From Gemmatimonadota bacterium (GTDB lineage Bacteria; Latescibacterota; UBA2968; GCA-2709665), in contig JAPPJY010000013.1 of the NCBI GenBank assembly GCA_028874335.1, positions 6,526-70,525 of the forward strand: DNA of 64,000 bases. The letters run 5' to 3'. Made by a program: the position numbers and the translations under genes. The notes below the pieces were generated by a model that saw only the letters and a program-made list of their open reading frames with translations, was not told the origin of the DNA and searched no databases. Below, one piece after another: positions 40,145-49,753 of the stretch. Within the stretch, counting starts at the first letter, position 1. Each line of letters begins with the position of its first letter.

Positions 40145-41950
40145 CTACTTCCCCTTACCGCCTGCGCCCCCACCCTCGGCGAAAATTACGCCGTTCCGTT
40201 TCCGGTTCACATTCAGTACAACGATCTGACTTCCGGACAGCACATAGTCCGTGGGAATACGCGCCCTCTGAACGACGGTCTGCCGAACCTGTTTTACCGC
40301 ATCCGACGAGCGGGAATACTGAAGCGCCGAAAGCACCGACGACGGCAGCCTTGACACCTCTCGTCCCTCAATTGTCACGCCCGGGGCGCCGGACAGCAAT
40401 TCAACAACCATTTCGTTGTTCCGGCCGGCGCGCCCCAACAGGTGAATGAGATGATCCAGATCTCTGGCGTTGTATTCACCCGGCGCCCGCTTGGCCTCCT
40501 GCTTCACGTGGTCGGATGCGCTGGAAACCCTGAGAATCAGCCGGCCGCCCGGCGTCTGATTTGGTATGACCATGGCCTCATCCACATGCCGCAGTCCCCC
40601 CCGGTAGGTCCTTAATGAAACCGTGACGCGCACCGTATCGCCCGGCTGGAACGATGTCTTCTGTAAGCCGATGGACTTGATGTGGGCGGTATGCGCCCGT
40701 TCGGCTTCCACGTCCAGGTCGAAGGTGACCTTCTCGATCCTGATCGGCTGGAACGGATTCCGGATCAGGCTCGCAAACGGCGTGGTGACACCCAGTACCG
40801 CATTTCCCAGCCCAAGCGTGCCGGCATAGACGTTTTCCGCCTCCACCGAGGGACGTCCGTTCAGGTCGATTCTCACACGGGACTTCACCGTTACCTCTCC
40901 CGTCAGTTTCTCGGACGAAACCATCGCGCTGAAAACCGCGATTCGCAAGAGCGTCGGGCTGAGGTTGCGGTCTCGCAGGACCTCCATACCGAAGTGCGCC
41001 TCCTTCCCCGGAGAACGCAGGTTGATACTCACCGGCATCATGTCAACGTCGAGACCGATGGTGCCGGCAATGCCGGGGGCACGGTCCTGAACGATGGCGC
41101 CCACGGTCTGCCCGGCGACACCCAGCTTGAACGACGCAAATTGACTTGGCAAGACCTCGTGAATGTAGGCTCCCGTCATCGGCAGCGCGGTAGCACCGCC
41201 AAAAATCATGGAATGACCGAACCCGACCACCCGGTCCCCTTCGCGATGGGTAAGCGTTCCGATTCCCGTAACGCTGAGGTCGCCACGGACCAGCTGCACG
41301 CCAAGCGCTGCGCCCGGTTCGAACGCACCGGCAGACAGGCCCCGGTCCTCGCCACCACCGCCCTGGACCGGCGTCCAACCTGTATTCGAAAACGCCTGTC
41401 GGAAATCGGCGACCGCCTGCGGCGCAAAACCGGAAATCACGATCGGCAGGCTGATCGGCGTCAGCTCAGCCGCATCCATCCCGGTAAGATCGATCAGACG
41501 GCGTGCGCCGGCTTGCGTCAGACGGGCCGCCGAACTGACGCCTTCCGTCGCCGGCGGCCGGTTGAAGAGATCAACCATTGCCGCAATTGGCGTAATCCCG
41601 GCGATGGGTTCCTTGGCAAAAGCGCCAATGCGATACGATACGGCGCCGATCAGCTTACCATCAACATAGACCGGACTTCCACTCATCCCCGAAATCACTC
41701 CAGTGCTGGACAGGGGACCGCCGGACAGCCTGGCCAGAATCAGGTCGCTCCCCGGACCGATCGCGTTGTGCAGTACACCCAGGATTTCAACGTGAAACGT
41801 ATCGATTCGCGTACCCTGGAAGACCGTCCGGCCGATGCCCCGCATCCCTCTCCGGAGTTCCTCGACGGGCATCGTCTCCACGGTCGCCCTGGCATTGCCG
41901 GCAACTGTGCACCACAGCAAAGCGGTCAGTGAGATTTTCAGCAGACGCAT
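40145..41950 (-). CDS. Secreted S55 (SpoIVB-type) serine peptidase family protein
   Basis: Met at 41950 opens the signal peptide MRLLKISLTALLWCTVAGNARA. GVISGMSGSPVYVDGKLIGAVS active-site region. The ORF's upstream 198 codons overlap rlmH and were rejected. Confidence 0.75.
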   Translation of the reverse strand: MRLLKISLTALLWCTVAGNARATVETMPVEELRRGMRGIGRTVFQGTRIDTFHVEILGVLHNAIGPGSDLILARLSGGPLSSTGVISGMSGSPVYVDGKLIGAVSYRIGAFAKEPIAGITPIAAMVDLFNRPPATEGVSSAARLTQAGARRLIDLTGMDAAELTPISLPIVISGFAPQAVADFRQAFSNTGWTPVQGGGGEDRGLSAGAFEPGAALGVQLVRGDLSVTGIGTLTHREGDRVVGFGHSMIFGGATALPMTGAYIHEVLPSQFASFKLGVAGQTVGAIVQDRAPGIAGTIGLDVDMMPVSINLRSPGKEAHFGMEVLRDRNLSPTLLRIAVFSAMVSSEKLTGEVTVKSRVRIDLNGRPSVEAENVYAGTLGLGNAVLGVTTPFASLIRNPFQPIRIEKVTFDLDVEAERAHTAHIKSIGLQKTSFQPGDTVRVTVSLRTYRGGLRHVDEAMVIPNQTPGGRLILRVSSASDHVKQEAKRAPGEYNARDLDHLIHLLGRAGRNNEMVVELLSGAPGVTIEGREVSRLPSSVLSALQYSRSSDAVKQVRQTVVQRARIPTDYVLSGSQIVVLNVNRKRNGVIFAEGGGAGGKGK

Positions 41951-42151
41951 CACGACGCAGATCCTTTCTCGTCGATCGGTACGGGAGCCTCGAAATCTAC
42001 GGCGCGACCTCGGAAAAGTCAAGCTCTGCAACGTTCTAAGTACTTGCAAATCAATATCAGACCTTGCTTTATCTACCCAGATATTATACCCGTTTTCGCA
42101 GGTTGGAACAAGCCCCTTGTGCAAATCCGATCTTGTCCTTATCATATTCCA

Positions 42152-42622
42152 ATGCAAATCACGCTGCTGGCGGTTGGCAAATGCCGAAAGCCGTACCTGA
42201 GGGAAGGGGTATCGGATTACATCGATCGCATCCGGAGATACGCCAGCCTGGAGCATATCGAAGTCAGAGAAGAACCCGCGCCACGTAAGGGCGCCGCTGC
42301 CGATAGCCTTTGCAGGGAAGGCGAACGCATCCTTCGGCGCCTTCCGCAAAACGCATTTATGGTCGCCCTGGATCCGAGCGGAGAGTCCTGCGGTTCGGAT
42401 GGCCTCGCCAGGCGCATCCTGAAAATCGGGCTGGAAGGCATTGGCCGAATCGCGTTCGTCGTTGGCGGTCCATCCGGTCTGTCCACCCGGGTCATCCGGC
42501 GCGCCGACTGGCGTCTTTCGCTCTCTTCGTTCACTTTTCCGCACGAGATCGCGCGTCTGGTTCTACTGGAGCAGATCTACAGAGCGTTTACCATCATGTG
42601 CCGCGAGCCGTATCACAGGTAG
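42152..42622 (+). CDS. rlmH: 23S rRNA (pseudouridine1915-N3)-methyltransferase
   Basis: MQITLLAVGK...YI.RI..Y...........ALD..G...............FVVGGP.GL........LSLS..TFPH...R..L.EQIYRA, SPOUT RlmH pattern. 156 aa. Confidence 0.9.
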   Translation: MQITLLAVGKCRKPYLREGVSDYIDRIRRYASLEHIEVREEPAPRKGAAADSLCREGERILRRLPQNAFMVALDPSGESCGSDGLARRILKIGLEGIGRIAFVVGGPSGLSTRVIRRADWRLSLSSFTFPHEIARLVLLEQIYRAFTIMCREPYHR

Positions 42623-42694
42623 ACGCTGCCGCACCCGGTCACGCAACACTCTGGCAAATCCCGAAGGCGCGCTTATCCGGCGACTCCGCGGAAG

Positions 42695-42790
42695 AAAAAG
42701 CCCGGAAAACAGGTTCATACGACAGCCGTGGAGAGATGATTCCGCCACTGGAATCCGGCTGCCGGGCACGTCTCCTGTTTCCGGGCTTTT
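42695..42790 (+). other. Long nested hairpin (candidate structured RNA, terminator or palindromic element)
   Basis: AAAAGCCCGGAAAACAGG (42696-42713) pairs perfectly with CCTGTTTCCGGGCTTTT (42774-42790). Inside it are nested helices CAGCCG/CGGCTG and GATTCC-GCCACT-GGAATC. Confidence 0.5.
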
Positions 42791-43119
42791 AAATGCGGAC
42801 CGAAATGTCAGGATATACAGTTTCGGGGGAACGGAGGATTTCCGGATCCGGCAACCCCGGAGAACGGCCGGAGGGGTATCGGCCACGGGGTTCCGAAAGA
42901 AGGGATGTCTCAATCGTATACGTGTTGAGAGCAATTGAAAGATAAGCCAATGTTTTTTTATAGTCAAGGGGAAGTTTGCTCTAATATACTGTTTTACATT
43001 ATCTTGTGGTCCATCGGTGGTGTTATACATTATATAGATTTACGTGAGACGATCCATCGGAATCCGCATCTTCTGCCATTCGCCGCGCGCGGTTTTGCTT
43101 TTTCCAACGGTGTCGACCC

Positions 43120-44472
43120 ATGCCGCATACGCTTACCATAACCCAGGCGGCGGAACTGATCCGGTCCGGCCGTCTCTCTCCCGTGGATCTTCTTCACGCC
43201 TGTTTTTCGCAGATCGAAGCCCTGGACGGCAGCCTTCACGCCTGGGTCCACGTTGACCGGGAAGGCGCCGAGCGTTCCGCCCGGGGTCTTCAGGAGGAAC
43301 TCGCCCGCGGATTATACCGCGGCCCCCTGCACGGAATCCCGGTTGGGATAAAGGACATCATCGAAGTGAAGGGCCTGCCCACGGCCGCTGGAGCAAACCA
43401 TCTCTACAACCGGGTACCGGATGAAGATGCAGCGGTGGTCGCCCGGCTGCGGAGGTCCGGCGCGGTCATCCCCGGCAAAACGGTCACCACGCCGTTTGCA
43501 TGTTTCGATCCGGCGGAAACCAGGAACCCCTGGAACCCCGACCATACGCCCGGCGGTTCCAGCAGCGGTTCGGCCGCCGCCGTCGCGGCGAGGATGTGTC
43601 CCGCGGCCCTGGGGTCCCAGACAGGCGGATCCATCAGCAGGCCCGCCGCGTATTGCGGCCTGGTGGGACTCAAGCCCACATTCGGCAGGATCAGCCTGCG
43701 CGGGATCCTGCCCGTCAGCTACGAACTGGACCATCCGGGTCCGTTCACACGTTCAGTCGCCGATGCTGCCGCCATACTCCAGTGCCTGGCGGGTCGAGAC
43801 CCGCTGGACCCGCTAAGCGCCGAGGTTCCTGTCGATACCTGCCGGATCGAACCCCTGGCGCGTCTCCCCCGCGTCGGCGTCATTCGCACGTACTTTCCGG
43901 ATAAAGCCGACGCAACCATGCGTGAGGCAACCGGCGACGCCATTGAGCGCCTCGCCTCAGCGGGCGCTCAATTCACCGACGTGCATATGCCCGGATCCTT
44001 TGCTGATGTACACGACAATCACGCGCTACTGCTCGCCGTCGGCGCGGCAAGCGTCCACCGGGAACGATATGACGCCCAGCCGGACGCCTTCCCCACCGGC
44101 CTTCGGGAGATCATGGAGAGGGGACGCGCCGCAGCCGCGGTCGACTACGCCATGGCGCGACGCCACCAGATTGCGTTCAAGTCGGAGATCCTCGCTGCAT
44201 TCGAAGGCGTGGACCTGCTCCTCACCCCTGCAACGCCATCGCCGGCGCCTTCGGGACTGGCATCCACCGGCAACCCCGCCTTCAACAGCCCCTGGAGCTA
44301 CGCCGGCCTTCCCACGATCGTCCTGCCGGCCGTCTGTTCGTCCGACGGACTGCCCGCCGGCATCCAGCTCGTCGCTCGCCCCTTCGCCGAGAGCCGGCTG
44401 CTCTCCATCTCAGCCTGGTGCGAATCCCGTCTCGAGTGGAACCTCACCCCGTCGATTCTCTCCGCCGATTAG
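43120..44472 (+). CDS. Amidase-signature family amidase (GatA-like)
   Basis: GIPVGIKD, GGSSSGSAAAV, GSQTGGSISRPAAYCG, the amidase signature. Confidence 0.88.
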   Translation: MPHTLTITQAAELIRSGRLSPVDLLHACFSQIEALDGSLHAWVHVDREGAERSARGLQEELARGLYRGPLHGIPVGIKDIIEVKGLPTAAGANHLYNRVPDEDAAVVARLRRSGAVIPGKTVTTPFACFDPAETRNPWNPDHTPGGSSSGSAAAVAARMCPAALGSQTGGSISRPAAYCGLVGLKPTFGRISLRGILPVSYELDHPGPFTRSVADAAAILQCLAGRDPLDPLSAEVPVDTCRIEPLARLPRVGVIRTYFPDKADATMREATGDAIERLASAGAQFTDVHMPGSFADVHDNHALLLAVGAASVHRERYDAQPDAFPTGLREIMERGRAAAAVDYAMARRHQIAFKSEILAAFEGVDLLLTPATPSPAPSGLASTGNPAFNSPWSYAGLPTIVLPAVCSSDGLPAGIQLVARPFAESRLLSISAWCESRLEWNLTPSILSAD

Positions 44473-44476
44473 CGCT

Positions 44477-45694
44477 ATGTCTCCGCGTCCGGTCTTCAAA
44501 ATTCTGAAATGGACGATGCTATTTCTCAATCTCTGCGGCGTCGTCCACGCTTCCCGCGCGCATACCCCCAGGCAGCATGCCGTCCGACAGGGGATCGACT
44601 ACATGCTCGACGAACGCTATGCCCGCTCCCACGCCGTTTTCGATTCACTCATCTCCGTAGAGCCTGAAAGACCCGAGGGCTATCTGGGCAAGGCGCTTTC
44701 TTACTGGAACGAAAGCATGCTTCTCGCGGACGGCGAACGCTTTGTCGATTCGGTCGATCGCCTGACCGGACGGGCTATCAAACTTTCCGAACGCGCTCTC
44801 AAGAACGACAACAACGACGCGGAGATGGTCTTCCTTCTTGGAAAAGCCTACGGCCTGCGCGCGGGCCTGGCGCTCATCCACGGCAGTCCCCTGGACGGCG
44901 TACTCCACGGACTGAAATGCCGGGACTTCCTCGAGGAAACCATACGATTGAAACCAGACCTCGCTGACGCCCAATTCGGACTGGGCCTGGCAGAGTACGT
45001 GGCCGCCCGCCAGCCCCGTTTCCTCAGGATGGTCAGCCGGCTCCTTTCGCTTCCCGACGGCGACCGGAAACGCGGTCTCGAACGCCTTGAACGCGTTGCA
45101 AGAGAGGGCATCTACACCCAACGGCACGCCGTCTCCAGCCGTGCCTACATCGCCCTTTATTACGAGAAGGACTATGACGACGCGCGGCGTCGTTTTGCAC
45201 ACCTGCACCTGCGCTATCCCCACAGCCTGGACTACCGGATCCGTTACCTGGACGCGCTCTTCGGGCTTACCATCCAGGGCAGGAAGGATCACCGCGAGGC
45301 CCTGATCGACTCCGCGCGATCGATCCGTTTCCTGGCTGAAGAACGAAACTGGAACCTGAACCGCTGGTCGCGTACGAAGTTGGACTTTATCGAAGGCTTT
45401 GGCCTCTATCTCACCGGTAACGCGGACGCGGCGGTCGAACGTCTGGAAATCTATGCCGCGGAAGCCACAAAAAGGAGCTGGCTGCTTGGACCCACACATC
45501 TCATTCTGGGCAAACTGGCGGACCTGCGGAACGATCGCGAACGTGCAGTCGGCCATTACCGCCGCGTGCGAAAATATGAAAACGTCTGGGGCGTCCACGA
45601 AGAAGCTGACGCCTATATCGGGCAACCGTTCAGCGGTGAGGAGCCCGTCCGGCGCCCTCCGGACACGGTGCGGCGTTACCCGGAGAAACCTTGA
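44477..45694 (+). CDS. Secreted TPR-like helical-repeat protein, hypothetical
   Basis: ATG at 44477 (in frame in ORF 43922..45694) gives the signal peptide MSPRPVFKILKWTMLFLNLCGVVHA. Helical repeat composition. Confidence 0.65.
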   Translation: MSPRPVFKILKWTMLFLNLCGVVHASRAHTPRQHAVRQGIDYMLDERYARSHAVFDSLISVEPERPEGYLGKALSYWNESMLLADGERFVDSVDRLTGRAIKLSERALKNDNNDAEMVFLLGKAYGLRAGLALIHGSPLDGVLHGLKCRDFLEETIRLKPDLADAQFGLGLAEYVAARQPRFLRMVSRLLSLPDGDRKRGLERLERVAREGIYTQRHAVSSRAYIALYYEKDYDDARRRFAHLHLRYPHSLDYRIRYLDALFGLTIQGRKDHREALIDSARSIRFLAEERNWNLNRWSRTKLDFIEGFGLYLTGNADAAVERLEIYAAEATKRSWLLGPTHLILGKLADLRNDRERAVGHYRRVRKYENVWGVHEEADAYIGQPFSGEEPVRRPPDTVRRYPEKP

Positions 45695-45755
45695 CGCGGG
45701 TCGCGGAGGTTCGCCCAATAAAGGGAGCCGTTCGTTGACTGCCCGGCAAAGCCGG

Positions 45756-45784
45756 TTGCGCGTTCAGGATCGATTCCGTATATT
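45756..45784 (+). promoter_or_regulatory. Candidate sigma-70 promoter (TTGCGC-N17-TATATT)
   Basis: Same hexamers and spacing as the groES candidate promoter; about 70 nt upstream of the ATG at 45854. Confidence 0.35.
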
Positions 45785-45853
45785 TTATCAGGCGCATTCA
45801 ACGACGCACTGGTACGCCGTGTCGATACCTACCTTTCGATCGAGTGCGGGAAT

Positions 45854-46105
45854 ATGGCCGAATCGACCGATCCTCAAGCTGCTCCGGCCCCGGATAACAC
45901 CCATTGGGGAGTCGCATATCTGCGCGAAGATCTGCAGGACCTGCGACTCCAATTGCGCGAAGACGTCAAAGACCTCCGCCAGCAGATCGCCGAGACCAAT
46001 AAGCGCATTGACCGGACAAATGAGCTCATTGGATCCCGATTCGCCTGGCTCATTACGACCATGGTGGCGCTGGCGGGCATTCTCGCCGCCCTCATCAAGC
46101 TGTGA
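45854..46105 (+). CDS. Small coiled-coil protein with C-terminal TM anchor, hypothetical
   Basis: LREDLQDLRLQLREDVKDLRQQIAETNKRIDRTNE heptad-like segment, then FAWLITTMVALAGILAALI. Confidence 0.5.
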   Translation: MAESTDPQAAPAPDNTHWGVAYLREDLQDLRLQLREDVKDLRQQIAETNKRIDRTNELIGSRFAWLITTMVALAGILAALIKL

Positions 46106-46297
46106 GACCTGTCCCTGCCGGGCGCTCGCCTGGTCGGCATGCGTCTCCCTGCCGGTTACTTCAGGCCTGCCTGGCTGGAGTGACGTTTCTCAAACGGGAC
46201 TGACGGTGGAAGCACGGTCAACATCAGGAAGACAGGAAAATCCCGGCCGTGTTCCGCACGCGAACATGCCGGAATTTTTGATATTTAGGAAATCGGT

Positions 46298-47104
46298 ATG
46301 GCGTCCGCGTCCTCGATATCCTGGCACCGCTCGAGACTCGGTCATCTCCGGGCGGGTATCCGTTATCCGGCCCCTTCCGCGCCGCCGTGGATCGTCCCCG
46401 CCGTAGTCCGTTTCAAATACCCTGCAGCAGACCTGAAACGCGACTACCCGAAGATTTTCTGCGCCTCGGTTGTCCTCTCCTCAATACTCCTCACCTCAAT
46501 TTGCATTCTCTTTCCTGCGTTCGAGTTTCGCAGCTATCCATCCTACGCCACGCCGGTGATCATCTCACTCGAAGACATTCCCGAAACCCGGCAGGCGCAG
46601 CTGCCTGAAACCGAAGAGGTAATCCTTGGCGCAGGCGACACGGATGGCGTAGCCGTCCTTGACACCGTGGAAGACGAGGCATCCGAAATCGACTTTCTTG
46701 CCAATCTTCAAATCGATGACACGCTTGGCAATATGGACCGGACGCTCAACGAGGAAGCCGTCGATTTCTGGGCCGTGTCGAAGGAACCCGTACTGGTGCA
46801 CGAGGTCCTGCCCATCTATCCCAAGGACGCCCACGATTTAGGCCTGGAAGGGGTTGTGTTCGTCAAATTCGCGGTCGGCACGGACGGGCGAGTCAAAGAG
46901 GCCTCCGTTCAGAAGGGCCCCCGGATCTTTCATGCTTCCGCACTGGGGGCCGTCTACCAGTTTGTGTTCAAGCCCGCTCTCCAGAACGACAAGCCCGTCG
47001 CGGTCTGGATGACCCGTCCCATCCGTTTTCGAATTGTGGACAATCTGCTCGAAGCACGGCCCGTATCACGAATCGAGAATCTGCCTTCGCCGGAATCACC
47101 CTGA
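46298..47104 (+). CDS. TonB-family energy transducer (C-terminal domain protein)
   Basis: N-terminal TM SVVLSSILLTSICILF. C-terminal TonB domain P.YP..A...GLEGVVFVKF.V..DG.V......KG...F..SAL.AV....FKPA.....PV.VW...PI.F. Confidence 0.8.
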   Translation: MASASSISWHRSRLGHLRAGIRYPAPSAPPWIVPAVVRFKYPAADLKRDYPKIFCASVVLSSILLTSICILFPAFEFRSYPSYATPVIISLEDIPETRQAQLPETEEVILGAGDTDGVAVLDTVEDEASEIDFLANLQIDDTLGNMDRTLNEEAVDFWAVSKEPVLVHEVLPIYPKDAHDLGLEGVVFVKFAVGTDGRVKEASVQKGPRIFHASALGAVYQFVFKPALQNDKPVAVWMTRPIRFRIVDNLLEARPVSRIENLPSPESP

Positions 47105-47117
47105 ACGACTCCGTACC

Positions 47118-48122
47118 TCAATCCCTTTGATTGCGATTAACCGCCCCACCTGAATAGATCACTTCCTTCAATCGATTTTGTTCGTCAAGTTCAACACGAA
47201 GGGTAAACGCCCGCCGGTTCAGGAATTGAGGATTGTGATCGAGCGCCGTTTGCAAGGCCAGCGAACCCAGCCATCCCAGCGCGTCGGACCGAATCCCGAA
47301 CCGCAGATCGTGAATCAGAAACGCCCGCCCGTCGTCCCCGGGCTTCTCCAGTGCGGGGAAACGCGCGAACCAGCGATAGATCCGACCGTCGCGCCGTTCC
47401 CACAGGCGTTCAAGACCGGGTTCGGCAAGGGCCGAGCGGTAGGTATTGGGCGAGTCTGCAACCCCTTGATACAACGACACGGGCACCTCGTACCACTCTT
47501 CCTCCCCGACCGCGATTCCACGCCGATGCAGAGGTGAAAAAGGCACAGGAACCGCCGCTGCAGGCGTCAACCCCCGTTCCGATGCCCAGCGATCCAGGTA
47601 CAGGTAGGTTATACCCGAAACGGCGACATTGAACGTCATGTACGCCACAAGCGCCGCCACACCCAGGCGGTACCCATCCGGCCGCCAGACCTTCCAGCCG
47701 AGAACCAGTCCGCTGATAAGAATCAGATCCAGGTACGGGTCGATAACGAACAGCACGTCGAACAACGCCCGGTACCTGGAAAACGGCATGAAGACCATCG
47801 TCCCGTACGAGGTCACCAGGTCGAACAGAATGTGCAGCAACAACCCGGAAAGGGCGACCGCATATAGCTTTGTAAACGGGACGTCCCTGAGTATGAATCG
47901 CCGGACGACCCACGCCACGGCGACGGCGCCAATTGCGGCACCGAAAAACGAATGTGTCATCCCACGGTGCGTCTGCAGGCTTTCGAGTGCGTCACCGGGC
48001 AGGAACACATCCAGGTCCGGCAATACGCTGGTAACCGTCACCAGATTCACAAACCCCCGGTTCCGCGGCCACACGGACCGCGCAACCAGTCGGCCAACCA
48101 GGCCGTGTGTCGGGGTATCCAT
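47118..48122 (-). CDS. Membrane-bound metal-dependent hydrolase (DUF457/YdjM-like)
   Basis: MDTPTHGLVG...HRGMTHSFFGA..., multiple TM segments, extended C-terminal domain. Confidence 0.7.
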   Translation of the reverse strand: MDTPTHGLVGRLVARSVWPRNRGFVNLVTVTSVLPDLDVFLPGDALESLQTHRGMTHSFFGAAIGAVAVAWVVRRFILRDVPFTKLYAVALSGLLLHILFDLVTSYGTMVFMPFSRYRALFDVLFVIDPYLDLILISGLVLGWKVWRPDGYRLGVAALVAYMTFNVAVSGITYLYLDRWASERGLTPAAAVPVPFSPLHRRGIAVGEEEWYEVPVSLYQGVADSPNTYRSALAEPGLERLWERRDGRIYRWFARFPALEKPGDDGRAFLIHDLRFGIRSDALGWLGSLALQTALDHNPQFLNRRAFTLRVELDEQNRLKEVIYSGGAVNRNQRD

Positions 48123-48425
48123 CCCTTTACCCTCAATGAATGAGACCGCGATCGGCGGCAGCGTATGGAATCAGTCCTTGCCCGCCCTGCCCCGCCCGGC
48201 GTGATCCGGCGCCTCCTGACGCCGTCAGTGCCTGAACCGCGGGACACACAGAATATACCCAATGCTCCGGCTGAATCAACCCCGCGCAAACCCAACTTGA
48301 CATTACGGTGTTCCGTCCCATAAATTCCTCACCATTCTTGGGCCGATGTAACACAGGAACACAAACCCGGGACAGGCGGCCAATCTCCGATCCCTTACCC
48401 GTGACGGGTTTCCGGGAGGCATTAG

Positions 48426-48615
48426 CCTCAATTCCGCAAAAGCCGCAACGCGGCACCGCGACGAAACCCTTCGAAACAGGCCGAAATGGTCGTCATGAAG
48501 GACATTCTTTCAGTTCACGTACAGTGTCCCGGTGTATCCTGGTAATCAGCAGTTTAATCGCCTTTTTAACTGACACATATTCGAATTAACGTCCTCGAAA
48601 AATGAGGAATCAAGG
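48426..48615 (+). mobile_element. MITE-like element, family A, copy 2
   Basis: See copy 1. Flanked by TTAG (48422-48425) and TTAG (48616-48619). It ends 6 nt before the SDR start codon. Confidence 0.85.
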
Positions 48616-48621
48616 TTAGAT

Positions 48622-49353
48622 ATGTCGAAGCTCGAAGGGAAAGTCGCGGTGGTAACCGGTGGGAACCAGGGCATCGGGAAGGGAATTGCGCGCGCGCTGG
48701 CCAAAGAGGGCGCGAATCTGGTGTTGACGGCCAGAACGGTCGGAAAACTCGAATCAGCGGCCGAAGAAATAAGGGCGGAGGGCGTGGAGGCGATCGCCGC
48801 CGCCGCAGACGTTACCGACGAATCGCAGGTGCAGGCGGTGTTCGCGAAGACGATGGATCGATTCGGGAGGGTGGATGTGCTGGTGAACAACGCTGCGGCC
48901 TTTGACGGGGGACGAATCGACGAACTCTCCCTGTCAGAATGGGACTGGGCGATGGCGGTGAACCTGCGCGGACCCTTTCTCTGCACGCGGGCGGCTTTCC
49001 GCATCATGAAGGCACAGGGCGGAGGCCGGATCATCAACATCGGCAGCATTTCCGCACAGCGCGTCCGCCCGAATTCCGCTCCCTACAGCACCAGCAAATT
49101 CGGGATTACCGGCCTTACGCATGCCACCGCGCTGGACGGACGGGACTTCGGGATTGTCTGCTCCTGCCTGCACCCCGGCAACACGCTGGTGGAACGCCGC
49201 GAGGAATCGGACGCGCCCACGGACGACGAACCGATGATGACCGTGGATGAATTGGCTCAGGCCGCGGTAACCATGGCGACGCTGCCGCTCCACGTGAATA
49301 TGCTGGAGGCGATCGTGTTGCCCGTCGGACAGCTGTACGTTGGTAGAGGTTGA
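48622..49353 (+). CDS. SDR-family oxidoreductase
   Basis: KVAVVTGGNQGIGKGIA, NNAA, YSTSKFG motifs. Confidence 0.88.
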   Translation: MSKLEGKVAVVTGGNQGIGKGIARALAKEGANLVLTARTVGKLESAAEEIRAEGVEAIAAAADVTDESQVQAVFAKTMDRFGRVDVLVNNAAAFDGGRIDELSLSEWDWAMAVNLRGPFLCTRAAFRIMKAQGGGRIINIGSISAQRVRPNSAPYSTSKFGITGLTHATALDGRDFGIVCSCLHPGNTLVERREESDAPTDDEPMMTVDELAQAAVTMATLPLHVNMLEAIVLPVGQLYVGRG

Positions 49354-49483
49354 ATGACAACCGAAATGTCTCGAAGACCACGAGGATCCGCGACCGGCTT
49401 TCAGACATGATGCGTTCCTTCCGGCTTTCCGGATCTTTTCCTGTTCATCCATGTTTCTGAATTGATCCGGATATGGAATTTCC

Positions 49484-49512
49484 TTGACACTCTCGATGTG
49501 ATTGTTTAATGT
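49484..49512 (+). promoter_or_regulatory. Candidate sigma-70 promoter of the aromatic operon (TTGACA-N17-TAATGT)
   Basis: -35 at 49484-49489 and -10 at 49507-49512, about 70 nt upstream of the leader ORF. Confidence 0.55.
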
Positions 49513-49585
49513 TAGAACGTTCCTGTCGGAGCGGCTGATTGCCGTCGCCAGGTTCGAAACCGGCAGGACACTGGATCGTGGAGGA

Positions 49586-49699
49586 ATGAACGTGACAGAT
49601 CGTGATCGAAACGGGTTTTCCTGGCGTGGGTATTTTTATCGCTCCTACCGGTGGTATTACCGGGAGGTCTCGGATTGTTGTGTCTGCCCACGCGAATAA
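49586..49699 (+). CDS. Candidate leader peptide rich in Trp/Tyr/Phe (37 aa)
   Basis: GGAGGA (49580-49585), then ATG 49586 (or GTG 49592 with better spacing). MNVTDRDRNGFSWRGYFYRSYRWYYREVSDCCVCPRE has 9 aromatic residues (2 W, 5 Y, 2 F) in the 15-residue window at 49616-49660. The stop is at 49697-49699. Confidence 0.65.
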   Translation: MNVTDRDRNGFSWRGYFYRSYRWYYREVSDCCVCPRE

Positions 49700-49733
49700 G
49701 CTGCTGAAAAAGACGTAAACCGGGCCGTGGGCA
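49624..49733 (+). promoter_or_regulatory. Attenuator alternative pairings (segments 1:2 and 2:3)
   Basis: Segment 1 GCGTGGG (49624-49630, over the first Trp codon) is complementary to CCCACGC (49687-49693). Segment 2 TGCCCACG (49685-49692) is complementary to segment 3 CGTGGGCA (49726-49733), which is the 5' arm of the terminator. Confidence 0.65.
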
Positions 49734-49753
49734 TCTGCTCACGGTTTTTTTTT
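49725..49753 (+). terminator. Attenuator terminator (3:4 hairpin + T9) 34 nt upstream of trpE
   Basis: CCGTGGGC-ATCT-GCTCACGG (8 bp including one G-T pair) followed by nine T (49745-49753). Confidence 0.8.

Noticed and set aside
41951-42544. N-terminal 198-codon extension of the S55 peptidase ORF
   Set aside because: The extension overlaps rlmH on the opposite strand and has no protein-like features. A Met followed by a clear signal peptide occurs at 41950.
42741-42750. GCCACTG string resembling the cobalamin-riboswitch B12 box
   Set aside because: It is an isolated heptamer in a hairpin loop. The other conserved cobalamin-riboswitch blocks are absent, and the downstream gene is an amidase.
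42563-43030. 155-aa minus-strand ORF in the rlmH-amidase gap
   Set aside because: It overlaps the rlmH 3' end, spans the structured/AT-rich region, and has no start context or protein-like features.
43922-44476. N-terminal extension of the TPR-protein ORF (590 aa in the track)
   Set aside because: It overlaps the amidase gene in another frame. The Met at 44477 gives a signal peptide 4 nt after the amidase stop.
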